Below the pieces are notes generated by a model. The model had not been told where the DNA came from, did no database searches, and saw only the letters and a program-made list of their open reading frames with translations. Shown here piece by piece: positions 1-8,942 of a stretch of DNA of 46,423 bases. The first letter of the stretch is position 1; the number at the start of each line of letters is the position of its first letter. This DNA comes from Eubacteriales bacterium (GTDB lineage: Bacteria; Bacillota; Clostridia; Oscillospirales; SIG627), in the NCBI GenBank assembly GCA_045601445.1, contig JAZRZQ010000086.1, forward strand, positions 1 to 46,423, in the 5' to 3' direction. The position numbers and the translations under genes were made by a program.

Positions 1-277
1 GGGCTGTAAAGCCCGTTTTTTGGATGTTCTTGCGTACCACGCCGAGCGAATCCTCGCTGCAATCGACAAAGGTGGCGGACTTGGCACCGCGGCTGATGGC
101 CTCGAGTCCCATCTGTCCCGAGCCGGCAAACAGATCCAAAAAGCTCTTGCCTGCAAGCTCGAACTGAATGGCGCTGAAGATACCCTCCTTTGCCATTTCG
201 GTCGTGGGACGAACCGCATCCCCTGCAAGCGTAGCAAGACGGATGCCCTTGGCCGTTCCGGTAATAATTCTCATCAT
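1..277 (-). CDS. rsmD: 16S rRNA (guanine966-N2)-methyltransferase RsmD, N-terminal part (3' end runs off the window)
   Basis: Absent from the ORF track because it is truncated. Hand translation of the complement from ATG at 277 gives MMRIITGTAKGIRLATLAGDAVRPTTEMAKEGIFSAIQFELAGKSFLDLFAGSGQMGLEAISRGAKSATFVDCSEDSLGVVRKNIQKTGF. The RPT and LDLFAGSG..GLEAISRGA motifs are typical of RsmD. It starts 7 nt after the uvrC stop. Confidence 0.85.
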   Translation of the reverse strand, partial: MMRIITGTAKGIRLATLAGDAVRPTTEMAKEGIFSAIQFELAGKSFLDLFAGSGQMGLEAISRGAKSATFVDCSEDSLGVVRKNIQKTGFTA

Positions 278-284
278 AATCTTT

Positions 285-2153
285 TCATTCCTTTTCCGTT
301 CGTTTTTGATGATAATGGTCGTAAATTGCTTGTGCGTTGGCGCGGGAGATGCCGCGAACAGCCGCCAGCGTCTCGACCGAAGCGGCGCGGATGGCCTGCA
401 CGGTCTTCATTTCCCGCAAGAGCAGGGCGGCTTTTTTCTCCCCAATGCCCTCGATGCGAGTCAGGGACGAGGTTTTCACCGTTTTGCGGCGGCGTGAATC
501 CATTCTGGAGAAGCCGTAACGGTGGACCTCCTCCTGAATCCGATAGATGAACTGAAACAGAGCGGGATCGTGGGCGATGGAAATGTCGTGCTCACCATCG
601 GTGAGACAGCGTGTCTTATGAAAGGAGTCCTTGACCATTCCGAACACGGGAATCGCTAGGCCAAGCTCCGAGAGTGCGCGTTTGACGGCACTGACCTGTC
701 CTGCCGCACCGTCAGCCAGAATCAGATCGGGCAGAGGAGCAAAGCTCTCGTCCCCATCAAGGTAGCGCTTCATTCTGCGCTTGACGGCCTCGTACATAGA
801 TTCGGGATCGTCGGGGCTTTGACGGTCAACGGTAAAGCTCTTGTAGGCACGCTTGAGAAAGCGAGCGTTTTCCACGGTGATAATGCCCGCTACGGTGATG
901 GCGCTTGCGGAATTTGAAATATCAATGCTCTCGATCCGCTCGGGCAAGACCTCAAGGGAAAGCGCCTCGGCCAATTTGACGAGAACCTCCTCGTCCTTTT
1001 CGAACAAAGCGCGGCGGTGAAGCGCCGCAGCGCGGGCATTTTCGGATGCAAGCTCCATAAGACGCTTGCCTTCTCCCCTTTCGGGAACGCGGAAGCGAAG
1101 CGGCGCTTCTCCCGCGCGCGCCAAGACCTCGGACAACAGCTGAGTCTCTTCGCAAAACAGCTCGGCGGGCAAAAGGATCTCACGAGGGCGCAGATCGCGC
1201 GCGCGGTACAGATCCACCAGCATAGACGAAAAGCTCTCCGCGCTGAGAATCTCCTCAGCACCGAAATGGAAGTTGGTGCTGTCGACCACGCTTCCCTCCC
1301 GAATGGAAGTCAGGTTGATACAGCCGCCCAGCTCATCCTGAAACACGCCGAATACGTCAGCCTGAAAGTGCAGATCCCGCACAACCTGCCGTTTGCCTGC
1401 CAGCGTCTCGAGCGCGCGGATCTGATCGCGCAGGGCAGCGGCGCGCTCAAAGGCCATTTCTTCGCTGGCCTTCTGCATTTCCTCCTGCAATTTGGCGGCG
1501 ATCTTTTTGTGATCGTATTTCAAAAAAAGAATGACGTCCTCGATCCTGCGGCGATACTCTGCGGGAGAGATCTTACCCGTGCAAACACCGATGCATCGGC
1601 CGAGGTGATGATACAGACACGGCCTTCCCTTTCCGATCTCCTGCGGAAACCTTCTTTTGCAGGTCGGAAGAGAAAAGAGCCTATTGGCCGTATCAATCAC
1701 GCTCCGCACCGCACCCGAGGAGCTGTACGGCCCAAAGTAGCGGGAACGGTCGTGTGCACTTTCCTTGCGGCGGGCAAACAGCAGACGGGGATATTCCTCC
1801 TCCAACGTCAGACGGATATAGGGGTAGTCCTTATCATCCTTGAGACGGATGTTGTATTTCGGCTTGTGAAGCTTGATTTTTTCGTTTTCAAGAATCAGAG
1901 CCTCCGCTTCCGTTGCGGTAACAATTGTTTGAAAATCGGCAACGTTCTGTACGAGCTTTTCCGTTTTCGGCGGATGCTTGCCGCGATTCTGAAAATAACT
2001 CAGCACACGGTTGTGCAGAGCCTTGCTCTTTCCGACGTAAATGACCTCGCCCCGACTGTTAAAGAAAAGATAGACACCGGGCGACATCGGGAGGGTTTTG
2101 GCTTTTTCCAATAACGCCGCGGGCGACAGAACGTGCGGTGCGGTACGAATCAT
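285..2153 (-). CDS. uvrC: Excinuclease ABC subunit C (UvrC)
   Basis: 622-aa ORF with an N-terminal GIY-YIG motif (GVYLFFNSRGEVIYVGKSKALHNRVLSYF) and a C-terminal helix-hairpin-helix (IEGIGEKKAALLLRE). A GGGAGG SD lies 5 nt upstream of the ATG. Confidence 0.95.
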   Translation of the reverse strand: MIRTAPHVLSPAALLEKAKTLPMSPGVYLFFNSRGEVIYVGKSKALHNRVLSYFQNRGKHPPKTEKLVQNVADFQTIVTATEAEALILENEKIKLHKPKYNIRLKDDKDYPYIRLTLEEEYPRLLFARRKESAHDRSRYFGPYSSSGAVRSVIDTANRLFSLPTCKRRFPQEIGKGRPCLYHHLGRCIGVCTGKISPAEYRRRIEDVILFLKYDHKKIAAKLQEEMQKASEEMAFERAAALRDQIRALETLAGKRQVVRDLHFQADVFGVFQDELGGCINLTSIREGSVVDSTNFHFGAEEILSAESFSSMLVDLYRARDLRPREILLPAELFCEETQLLSEVLARAGEAPLRFRVPERGEGKRLMELASENARAAALHRRALFEKDEEVLVKLAEALSLEVLPERIESIDISNSASAITVAGIITVENARFLKRAYKSFTVDRQSPDDPESMYEAVKRRMKRYLDGDESFAPLPDLILADGAAGQVSAVKRALSELGLAIPVFGMVKDSFHKTRCLTDGEHDISIAHDPALFQFIYRIQEEVHRYGFSRMDSRRRKTVKTSSLTRIEGIGEKKAALLLREMKTVQAIRAASVETLAAVRGISRANAQAIYDHYHQKRTEKE

Positions 2154-2168
2154 AGAACCTCCCTATTA

Positions 2169-2203
2169 CAAAAAAATCCGCTCACCCGAGCGGGTAAGCG
2201 GAA
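2169..2203 (-). terminator. Intrinsic terminator after ptsH
   Basis: On the minus strand, the stem uccgcuuacccg/cgggugagcgga (one mismatch) is followed by a U7 run. It lies 5 nt after the ptsH stop and directly abuts the uvrC SD. Confidence 0.7.
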
Positions 2204-2207
2204 TGAA

Positions 2208-2471
2208 TCAATCATTAAAGCCTGCAAGAATCAAATTCGAAAGGCCTTCCAAAGCGTCCTTCTCATCAGCACCGTCTGCAATGATATTGATGCGGGTGCC
2301 TTTGGTGATTCCCAATGACAGTATTCCGAGGAGAGATTTCGCATTGGCTCTGCGATCGCCGCATTCTACCCAAAGAGAACTTTTATAAGCATTTGCTTTC
2401 TGAATAAAATAGGTAGCGGGTCTGGCATGCAAACCGACGCTGTTCAACACCGTAACTTCCTTTGAAATCAT
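2208..2471 (-). CDS. ptsH: Phosphocarrier protein HPr
   Basis: 87 aa. It has the His15 motif GLHARPA and the Ser46 region ANAKSLLGILSLG. AGGAGA SD. Confidence 0.93.
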   Translation of the reverse strand: MISKEVTVLNSVGLHARPATYFIQKANAYKSSLWVECGDRRANAKSLLGILSLGITKGTRINIIADGADEKDALEGLSNLILAGFND

Positions 2472-2512
2472 ATCAGTCTCCTATCAGACAGTCCTTTTCG
2501 TATAATAAAATC

Positions 2513-2541
2513 ATTATAACAGTTTGATTTCAAAAAAGCAA
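2513..2541 (-). promoter_or_regulatory. Sigma-A-like promoter for ptsH
   Basis: Minus strand: TTGCTT, 17-nt spacer, TATAAT. It sits in an AT-rich spacer about 40 nt upstream of the ptsH ATG. Confidence 0.5.
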
Positions 2542-2577
2542 GCATTTTTTTAAAATTCCTCGCAAAAGTGCCCCGTT

Positions 2578-3837
2578 TCATGAAAATTCGCGGAAAACGC
2601 CGCAAAACTGCATCGCCATTGCCAAAGCGCGGGAAGCGGCATGGAAACGAATCTGTGCACGGTCCGGCTTTTGAGAGCCGAATACACACCGCTCGACCAG
2701 ATCTCTCTTTCCGTCCGTTACGGCGATATAGACACAGCCGACCGGATCGGTCTCGGTCGCGCCGCTCGGCCCTGCAATGCCCGTGATGCCAATGCCGATT
2801 TTGCTGTCGGCAAGGCGCTTTACGCCTCTTGCCATGGCAACGGCACATTCCTTGCTGTAAACGCCCTTGGATTTGAGCAGTTCGGCGGGAACACCGAGCA
2901 GGCACATCTTTTGCTGTTCCGTATAGCTGCAAACGCCCAGGGACAGCACCGAGGATGCCCCCGCGATCGAGGTAATCCGTTCCGACAGAAGGCCGCCCGT
3001 GCAGCTTTCTGCCGTCGCAAGCGTGAGATCGTGCTTGGCGAAGCGAGAAACCAAGGCGGATTCGAGAGATTCCTTTTCCCGTCCGTAGCAAAAGTCCATC
3101 ACCTCGGAAGGAAGCGAGTCGATAAGCTTTCGGCACAGCTCGGCCGCCTGCTCCTCGGTATCGGCAGAGGCCGTGACGTGCAATTCGACCTCGCCGGAGC
3201 CCGCGTAGGGCGCAAGGGTGGGATTGGTCGAGCCACGCATCGTTTCGGCAAGGATCTCGTCGAGCTTGGATTCGGAAATGCCATAGAGCTTTAGGATGCG
3301 CGTGACGAGGGTGACGCCGCTGATGGCCTTGAGGCGGTCGGAGAGGCGGTGCTCAAAGAGCATTTTCATCTCGCGCGGAACACCGGGGAGAAGAATGACG
3401 ATCTTGCCCTTATTTTCGATCCAAAGGCCGGGCGCGGTTCCCCAATCGTTTTGCAGTACCTCTGCGCCCTCCGGAACGAGTGCCTGCCGCAAATTATTCT
3501 CACTCATCGCGATCCCGCGACGGGCAAAATAAGCCGTAAGAGAGGCCTTGGCCTTTTCGTTCTCCCGCAGGGGCAGACCGAGAACGGCGGCCGTGATCTC
3601 GCGGGTGATGTCATCGTAGGTCGGGCCGAGGCCGCCGGTCATCAAAACGACGTCGCTTCGGGAAAGCGCGAGGCGAACGGCCTCGGCAAGGCGATCGGCA
3701 TTGTCTCCGCAGGTCTGACGGTGCAGGACGGCAAAGCCCGCACTGCGAAGAGAGCGGGAAAGATAGGCGGCGTTGGTGTCGACAACGTCGCCCAACAGCA
3801 ATTCCGTGCCAACGGAAAGGATCTCACAAATTTTCAT
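2578..3837 (-). CDS. cinA: Competence/damage-inducible protein CinA (MoCF-binding domain plus PncC-type NMN amidohydrolase domain)
   Basis: 419 aa. The N-terminus EILSVGTELLLGDVVDTNAAYLS and the C-terminal domain motif AESCTGGLLSERIT are both present. Confidence 0.9.
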   Translation of the reverse strand: MKICEILSVGTELLLGDVVDTNAAYLSRSLRSAGFAVLHRQTCGDNADRLAEAVRLALSRSDVVLMTGGLGPTYDDITREITAAVLGLPLRENEKAKASLTAYFARRGIAMSENNLRQALVPEGAEVLQNDWGTAPGLWIENKGKIVILLPGVPREMKMLFEHRLSDRLKAISGVTLVTRILKLYGISESKLDEILAETMRGSTNPTLAPYAGSGEVELHVTASADTEEQAAELCRKLIDSLPSEVMDFCYGREKESLESALVSRFAKHDLTLATAESCTGGLLSERITSIAGASSVLSLGVCSYTEQQKMCLLGVPAELLKSKGVYSKECAVAMARGVKRLADSKIGIGITGIAGPSGATETDPVGCVYIAVTDGKRDLVERCVFGSQKPDRAQIRFHAASRALAMAMQFCGVFREFS

Positions 3838-3857
3838 TGTTACCAGCTCCTTTTTCG

Positions 3858-3888
3858 AGAGAAAAAGCCCCGAACGGGTCGGGGCTTG
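3858..3888 (-). terminator. Intrinsic terminator after cysS
   Basis: Minus strand: stem aagccccga/ucggggcuu followed by UUUUUCUCU. It lies 7 nt after the cysS stop and about 20 nt before the cinA ATG. Confidence 0.7.
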
Positions 3889-3894
3889 GATCGT

Positions 3895-5295
3895 TTATGC
3901 GCGGTGCCACTTGGGGCCTGCGGGGGTATCCTCAATCACAATGCCGTTTTCCGAGAGAAGCGCGCGGATCTCATCGGCTCTGGCATAATTCTTTTCTTTT
4001 TTGGCGGCCGCACGCTCGGCAACGAGCGCCTCGACAGCTTGATCGTCAAAGCCCTCGCGAATCTGATCGGCGGGCTTTAAAAAGCCGAGCAGCCCGCAGA
4101 TCTCCTCATAGAAAGCAAGGATCGCTTCCAGAACTGCTTTGCTTCGAGGCTCGCTGACAAAGATATTGATCTCCTTGACTGCTTCAAAGAGGCAGGCGAC
4201 GCCGTCCGCGGTGTTGAAGTCGTCGTCCATCACGCGAACAAAATCCTCACGCTTGGCATCGAGCTTGGCGAGGATCTCCTTTTCCTCCTCCTTCATTTCA
4301 CCCTCGGCACCGCGAAGCAGGAAGCGAAGATTCTCCTCGCAGTTATACAGACGCTGAACCGAAGCCTGCGCCTGCGCGAGGATCTCGGCGGAGAAATTGA
4401 CGGGGCTCTTGTAATGAGCGGAAAGAATGAAGTAGCGGATGGCGGCGTAGCCGTACGTTTCGGCAGCTTCGCGGACGGTAAAGAAGTTACCGAGGGATTT
4501 GCTCATTTTTTTATTATCGACGTTAATAAAGCCGTTATGCACCCAGAAGCGGCAGAACGGAACGCCGAAAGCACCCTCGGACTGAGCGATCTCATTTTCG
4601 TGATGCGGGAAGGTCAGATCGACGCCGCCGCAATGGATGTCAATGGTTTTGCCAAGGTATTTATCGACCATCGCGGAGCACTCGATGTGCCAGCCCGGTC
4701 TGCCCTTGCCCCACGGAGATTCCCAATACGGTTCCCCCTCCTTGGATGCCTTCCAGAGGGCAAAATCGAGCGGGTCGCGCTTGATCTCGGACACATCAAT
4801 TCGAGCGCCGCTTTCCAGATCGTCGATATTTTTGCCCGACAGAGAACCGTAGCCCTTGAAGGAGCGGGCGGAATAATACACGTCACCGCAGGATTCGTAG
4901 GCGTGGCCCTTTTCAATGAGCGTTTCGATAATGGAGATGATCGCGTCAATGTTTTCGGTGGCACGGGGATGGAAGGTGGCCGGAGCAACGCCCAGTCCCT
5001 CGGCATCGACGAAATACTCGGCGATGTAGCGATCGGCAACTTCCTTGACCGTGGTATTTTCCTCGTTGGCGCGGCGGATCATCTTGTCGTCAATATCGGT
5101 AAAATTCTGGACGAAATCGACCTTGTTTCCGCGATACTCGAGATAGCGGCGAAGCAAGTCGAAGGTCACGAAGCAACGAGCGTTGCCGACGTGAAAGTAG
5201 TTATACACGGTCGGGCCGCAGGCATACATTCTCACGTACTGATCTTTTTGTGCAAGCTCTTCCTTGCGACCGGTTAAATCATTAAACAGTTTCAT
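3895..5295 (-). CDS. cysS: Cysteine--tRNA ligase
   Basis: 466 aa. It has the HIGH-type motif (CGPTVYNYFHVGNAR) and KMSKSLGN. Confidence 0.95.
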   Translation of the reverse strand: MKLFNDLTGRKEELAQKDQYVRMYACGPTVYNYFHVGNARCFVTFDLLRRYLEYRGNKVDFVQNFTDIDDKMIRRANEENTTVKEVADRYIAEYFVDAEGLGVAPATFHPRATENIDAIISIIETLIEKGHAYESCGDVYYSARSFKGYGSLSGKNIDDLESGARIDVSEIKRDPLDFALWKASKEGEPYWESPWGKGRPGWHIECSAMVDKYLGKTIDIHCGGVDLTFPHHENEIAQSEGAFGVPFCRFWVHNGFINVDNKKMSKSLGNFFTVREAAETYGYAAIRYFILSAHYKSPVNFSAEILAQAQASVQRLYNCEENLRFLLRGAEGEMKEEEKEILAKLDAKREDFVRVMDDDFNTADGVACLFEAVKEINIFVSEPRSKAVLEAILAFYEEICGLLGFLKPADQIREGFDDQAVEALVAERAAAKKEKNYARADEIRALLSENGIVIEDTPAGPKWHRA

Positions 5296-5307
5296 ACAGC
5301 ACTCCTT

Positions 5308-5904
5308 TTAGTGGTTCGGGACAAGATAACTCCAATAGGTCTTCATATAATCGATTCCGGAGAGAACGGTGAGAAAGGCCATCACAACCGTGGTGATCCA
5401 GGAAAGATACGGTGCGGGCAAAAAGCCGAGCAGAACCGGCTCCAGCAAAATCACCACCGCCCAGATGCACTGGGAGAAGGTCTTGGCCTTGCCGTACCAG
5501 CTTGCCGCAATGACCTGCGGCTTGGAGCTTCCCATCACGACCAGACGAAGCGAGGTGACCGCAAGCTCGCGGAACATCACGATCGCACCGCTGATGACCA
5601 GCGCCAGATGAAGCGCGGCATCCTTCTGATGCAAGGGAGATGCGGCAAAGACCAGAATCGCGGAAAACACGAGAAACTTATCCGCCAAGGGATCCATAAA
5701 CTTTCCGAAATCGGTAATCAGGTGATATTTACGGGCAATTTTGCCGTCGATGAAATCCGTCAGCGCGGCAAGGCCGAACACAGCGGCCGCCACCAGTCGG
5801 GAGATGATTTCTCCGTATTCACCGGGAAAGCAAAACAGACCGAAGAACAAGAAGACGGGAACAAGCAGAATGCGAATGATGGTTAATTTGTTTGGTAAAT
5901 TCAT
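5308..5904 (-). CDS. pgsA: CDP-diacylglycerol--glycerol-3-phosphate 3-phosphatidyltransferase
   Basis: 198 aa, multi-pass membrane protein. It carries the CDP-alcohol phosphatidyltransferase motif DFIDGKIARKYHLITDFGKFMDPLADK. Confidence 0.9.
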   Translation of the reverse strand: MNLPNKLTIIRILLVPVFLFFGLFCFPGEYGEIISRLVAAAVFGLAALTDFIDGKIARKYHLITDFGKFMDPLADKFLVFSAILVFAASPLHQKDAALHLALVISGAIVMFRELAVTSLRLVVMGSSKPQVIAASWYGKAKTFSQCIWAVVILLEPVLLGFLPAPYLSWITTVVMAFLTVLSGIDYMKTYWSYLVPNH

Positions 5905-5905
5905 A

Positions 5906-7252
5906 TCACGAAACCTCTTTTCCGATCAAATCGTATTCCATAACGTCCTCAATGAGAACCGTAACAAATTCCCCCTTGGGGATCGCTTTGCGAGAGGAAG
6001 AAAAATAAACGACGCCGTCGATCTCCGGCGCGTGCGCGCTCGTTCTGCCGACGTAGAGCTTGACGGCGGGATCGTACCCTTCGCAAAGCACGGTTTCTCG
6101 CACGCCGATCCGAGAGGCGTTTTGCTCCTCGGTGATCGCAAGCTGAGTCTGCATCAGAGAGGCAAGTCTTCCCTCTTTGGTTTTCTTGGTGATGCGGTTT
6201 TCCATTCCGTAGGCAACCGTTCCCTCCTCGCGCGAGTAGATGAACGCGCCGAGATGAGAAAAGCGGGTCTCCTTGACGAAACGGGAAAGCTCGGAAAAGT
6301 CCTTATCCTTTTCGCCGGGGAAGCCGACGATCACCGTGGTACGGATGACAACGTCGGGCATCGCCTCACGCAGGAGCCGGATCGCATTTTCGATGGCTTC
6401 TCTGCCGCCGTGACGGTTCATGGCAGACAAAACGGAATCGGAAACGTGCTGAATGGGAAGATCGACGTAATGACAGATATTGGGATGGGATGCCATCACG
6501 CGGCAAAGCTCGGGTGTGATCTTGTCGGGATAGCAATACATCAAGCGGATCCATTCGAAGCCGAATTCCTCGCCGGCAAGCTCATCCAAAAGCTCGCTGA
6601 GGGCAAGGCGACCGTAGAGATCCTGTCCGTAGAGGGTCGTATCCTGCGCGACGAGAATCAACTCGCGCACACCGAGCGAGCGAAGGGTCTTGGCCTCGGC
6701 AAAGATGCTCTCCTTCGTACGGGAGCGGAACGGGCCTCGGATGGCGGGAATGGCACAGTAGGTACAGCAGTTACTGCAGCCCTCGGCAATGCGAAGGTAG
6801 GCAAAGGCGTCGTGCGTCAGGACGCGGTCACCCTCCAAAGCCAAGGCTTCGGGGGCGCTGTGACGGTAATACTTCTCACCGGCAAGAACGCGTTCAATGG
6901 CCTCGACAATATGCACCTCTTCCCCGAGGGAGAGAACGGCATCGACCTCGGGCACGGACGCCTGTAGCTCCTCAAAATAGCGCTGAGCCATACAGCCGGT
7001 GACGATGATGCCGCGAAGCGAGCGGTTTTCCTTAAGCCAAGCCAGATCGAGAATGTTCTCGATTCCCTCCTCCTTGGCGCTTTGGATAAAGGCGCAGGTG
7101 TTGACGATGACCACGTCGGCGTCAATATCCTCGGGGACGATCTGATACCCCGCTTGTGCCACTCGGGCAAGCATCAATTCACAGTCAACCTCGTTTTTCG
7201 GGCAACCAAGCGATACAAAAGCAACCTTTCCTTGCACAGCCAATCCTTTCAC
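5906..7252 (-). CDS. rimO: Ribosomal protein S12 methylthiotransferase RimO (radical SAM MTTase)
   Basis: 448 aa. It has the UPF0004 N-terminus VAFVSLGCPKNEVDCE, the radical-SAM motif AEGCSNCCTYCAIP and a C-terminal TRAM-like region. It lies immediately upstream of pgsA, as in many Firmicutes. Confidence 0.85.
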   Translation of the reverse strand: MKGLAVQGKVAFVSLGCPKNEVDCELMLARVAQAGYQIVPEDIDADVVIVNTCAFIQSAKEEGIENILDLAWLKENRSLRGIIVTGCMAQRYFEELQASVPEVDAVLSLGEEVHIVEAIERVLAGEKYYRHSAPEALALEGDRVLTHDAFAYLRIAEGCSNCCTYCAIPAIRGPFRSRTKESIFAEAKTLRSLGVRELILVAQDTTLYGQDLYGRLALSELLDELAGEEFGFEWIRLMYCYPDKITPELCRVMASHPNICHYVDLPIQHVSDSVLSAMNRHGGREAIENAIRLLREAMPDVVIRTTVIVGFPGEKDKDFSELSRFVKETRFSHLGAFIYSREEGTVAYGMENRITKKTKEGRLASLMQTQLAITEEQNASRIGVRETVLCEGYDPAVKLYVGRTSAHAPEIDGVVYFSSSRKAIPKGEFVTVLIEDVMEYDLIGKEVS

Positions 7253-7740
7253 TCCGAGAAAGGCTCTTCCTCGGAAATTTGATCGAGCGCCGCCTTTGCG
7301 GTGGCGTAGTCATAGCCCTGACGGGCCAGATAATCCAACAGTTTTTTTCTGCCTTGGGGCGTTTTTGCCAAGGCCTCGACGCCGCTCTTTTTCTGCAGAA
7401 GGCGAAGAGCGCGCTTGCGATAATCCACCTTTCTTTCCAGCGCAGCTTCGATATACCGAGCGGGAAAGAGGCGGCGGGACAGCTCCTGCCGCAGACGATT
7501 CGGCCCGAAGAGCTTTTCGTCCAGACGCTTTACATACGAGAGAAAATAGCGTTTATCATCCAAAAAGCCTTCCTGCACCAGAAGCGCCACCGTTCGCTCA
7601 GCGAGAGCTTTTTCAAACGGCTCGCTTTTGCGGTGCGGATCGGTCAGATACGCTGTCATTTCGGCCGTTGTCATATCCGAAAGGGAGAGCCTTGACAGCG
7701 CTTTTCTGACGCAGGAAGAAAGCTCGGGCGGGATCTGCAT
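7249..7740 (-). CDS. recX: RecA regulator RecX
   Basis: 163 aa with a helical-repeat composition (FLDDKRYFLSYVKRL.., LLDYLARQGYDYATAKAAL) and a position downstream of recA. It overlaps rimO by 4 nt. Confidence 0.8.
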   Translation of the reverse strand: MQIPPELSSCVRKALSRLSLSDMTTAEMTAYLTDPHRKSEPFEKALAERTVALLVQEGFLDDKRYFLSYVKRLDEKLFGPNRLRQELSRRLFPARYIEAALERKVDYRKRALRLLQKKSGVEALAKTPQGRKKLLDYLARQGYDYATAKAALDQISEEEPFSE

Positions 7741-8906
7741 CAGCGAAGGCCCTGCTTTTTCAAAAGAGCGTTGATCTTTTCGTGGGGATCGAGCAGAGCC
7801 GTAACGGAGAGATTGTGATTGAGCGCGGCGATGATGTAGGCAACGTACTTGGAAACGTCAACCTCGTGGAACCAAGCACGGGCGCGGGTCTCGGGGCTGA
7901 TGTAGGTCAGGTTCGTACCGAAGATACCGTCGATCACGCCGTCCTTGACGGCCTTGTCGATCTTATCGTAGCCTGCGGTGAAGATGGCGTAGGTCGCGTA
8001 AGCATACACGCGCTTGGCCTTGCGGCTCTTCATTTCGTAGGCAATATCGAGAATGGAATCGCCCGAAGCGATGATATCGTCGGCGATGAACACGTCCTTG
8101 CCCTCCATTGATTCACCCAAATACTCATGAGCGACGATGGGATTTCTGCCGTCGACGACGCGGGAATAGTCTCTTCTCTTGTAGAACATACCCATATTGA
8201 CGCCGAGCACGGAAGCGTAGTACATATTACGGTTGATCGCACCCTCGTCGGGGCTGACGACCATAAAGTTGTCCTTGTTGGGCTTCCAATCGGGGATGGT
8301 GCGGAACATACACTTCAAGACCTGATAGTAGGGCATAAAGTTGTCAAAGCCCATAACGGGAACGGCGTTCTGCACGCGGGGATCGTGTGCATCGAAGGTA
8401 ACCAGATTCTTAACGCCCATCGCCTGCATTTCCTGCAGAGAGTAAGCACAGTCGAGCGATTCACGGTAGCTTCTTCTGTGCTGTCTGCCGCCGTAGAGCA
8501 GGGGCATAATCACGTTCAGTCGGTTGGCCTTGCCGCCTGCCGCCTGAATGATGCGCTTGAGGTCCTGATAATGGTCATCCGCACTCATTCGGTTCTCGGT
8601 ACCGAACATTTTATATTTCACGCTGTAATTGCCGCAATCCACAAAGACGAACACGTCGTCACCGCGAACGGAATCGTGAATGATGCCTTTCGCCTCGCCC
8701 GAGGTAAAACGGGGGCACTCGGCGGGCATCAGGAAGGTGTCGTAATTGGTCCAGCCTGCTTTTTTCGCCCAGGAGACCAAGTAGTAGTCCACCTTTTCGG
8801 CAAGCTCCTTCGCACCCTCCAAGGAGATGATCTTCAGGGGAGCGACACGGTCCTGTTCTTTAAAAATTTCCTCTGCGGTCACTTTCTGTCCGGGCATGGT
8901 AATCAT
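7740..8906 (-). CDS. Ribose-phosphate pyrophosphokinase family protein (long form, 388 aa)
   Basis: It has the PRPP-binding loop VFIADDIIASGDSILD, the motifs FTSGEAKGIIHDSVRGDDVFVFVD and LNVIMPLLYGGRQHRR, and FDAHDPRVQNA. A GGAGAA SD is present. Its stop overlaps the recX start by 1 nt. Confidence 0.8.
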   Translation of the reverse strand: MITMPGQKVTAEEIFKEQDRVAPLKIISLEGAKELAEKVDYYLVSWAKKAGWTNYDTFLMPAECPRFTSGEAKGIIHDSVRGDDVFVFVDCGNYSVKYKMFGTENRMSADDHYQDLKRIIQAAGGKANRLNVIMPLLYGGRQHRRSYRESLDCAYSLQEMQAMGVKNLVTFDAHDPRVQNAVPVMGFDNFMPYYQVLKCMFRTIPDWKPNKDNFMVVSPDEGAINRNMYYASVLGVNMGMFYKRRDYSRVVDGRNPIVAHEYLGESMEGKDVFIADDIIASGDSILDIAYEMKSRKAKRVYAYATYAIFTAGYDKIDKAVKDGVIDGIFGTNLTYISPETRARAWFHEVDVSKYVAYIIAALNHNLSVTALLDPHEKINALLKKQGLR

Positions 8907-8942
8907 AATGTTTCTCCGTCCTTTGTCTTAAATATCAAGCGT

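Noticed and set aside
2468-3136. A 222-aa minus-strand ORF, and other R-rich ORFs, overlapping cinA in alternative frames.
   Set aside because: They are out-of-frame shadows of cinA with arginine- and proline-rich nonsense composition. The cinA frame carries the diagnostic motifs.
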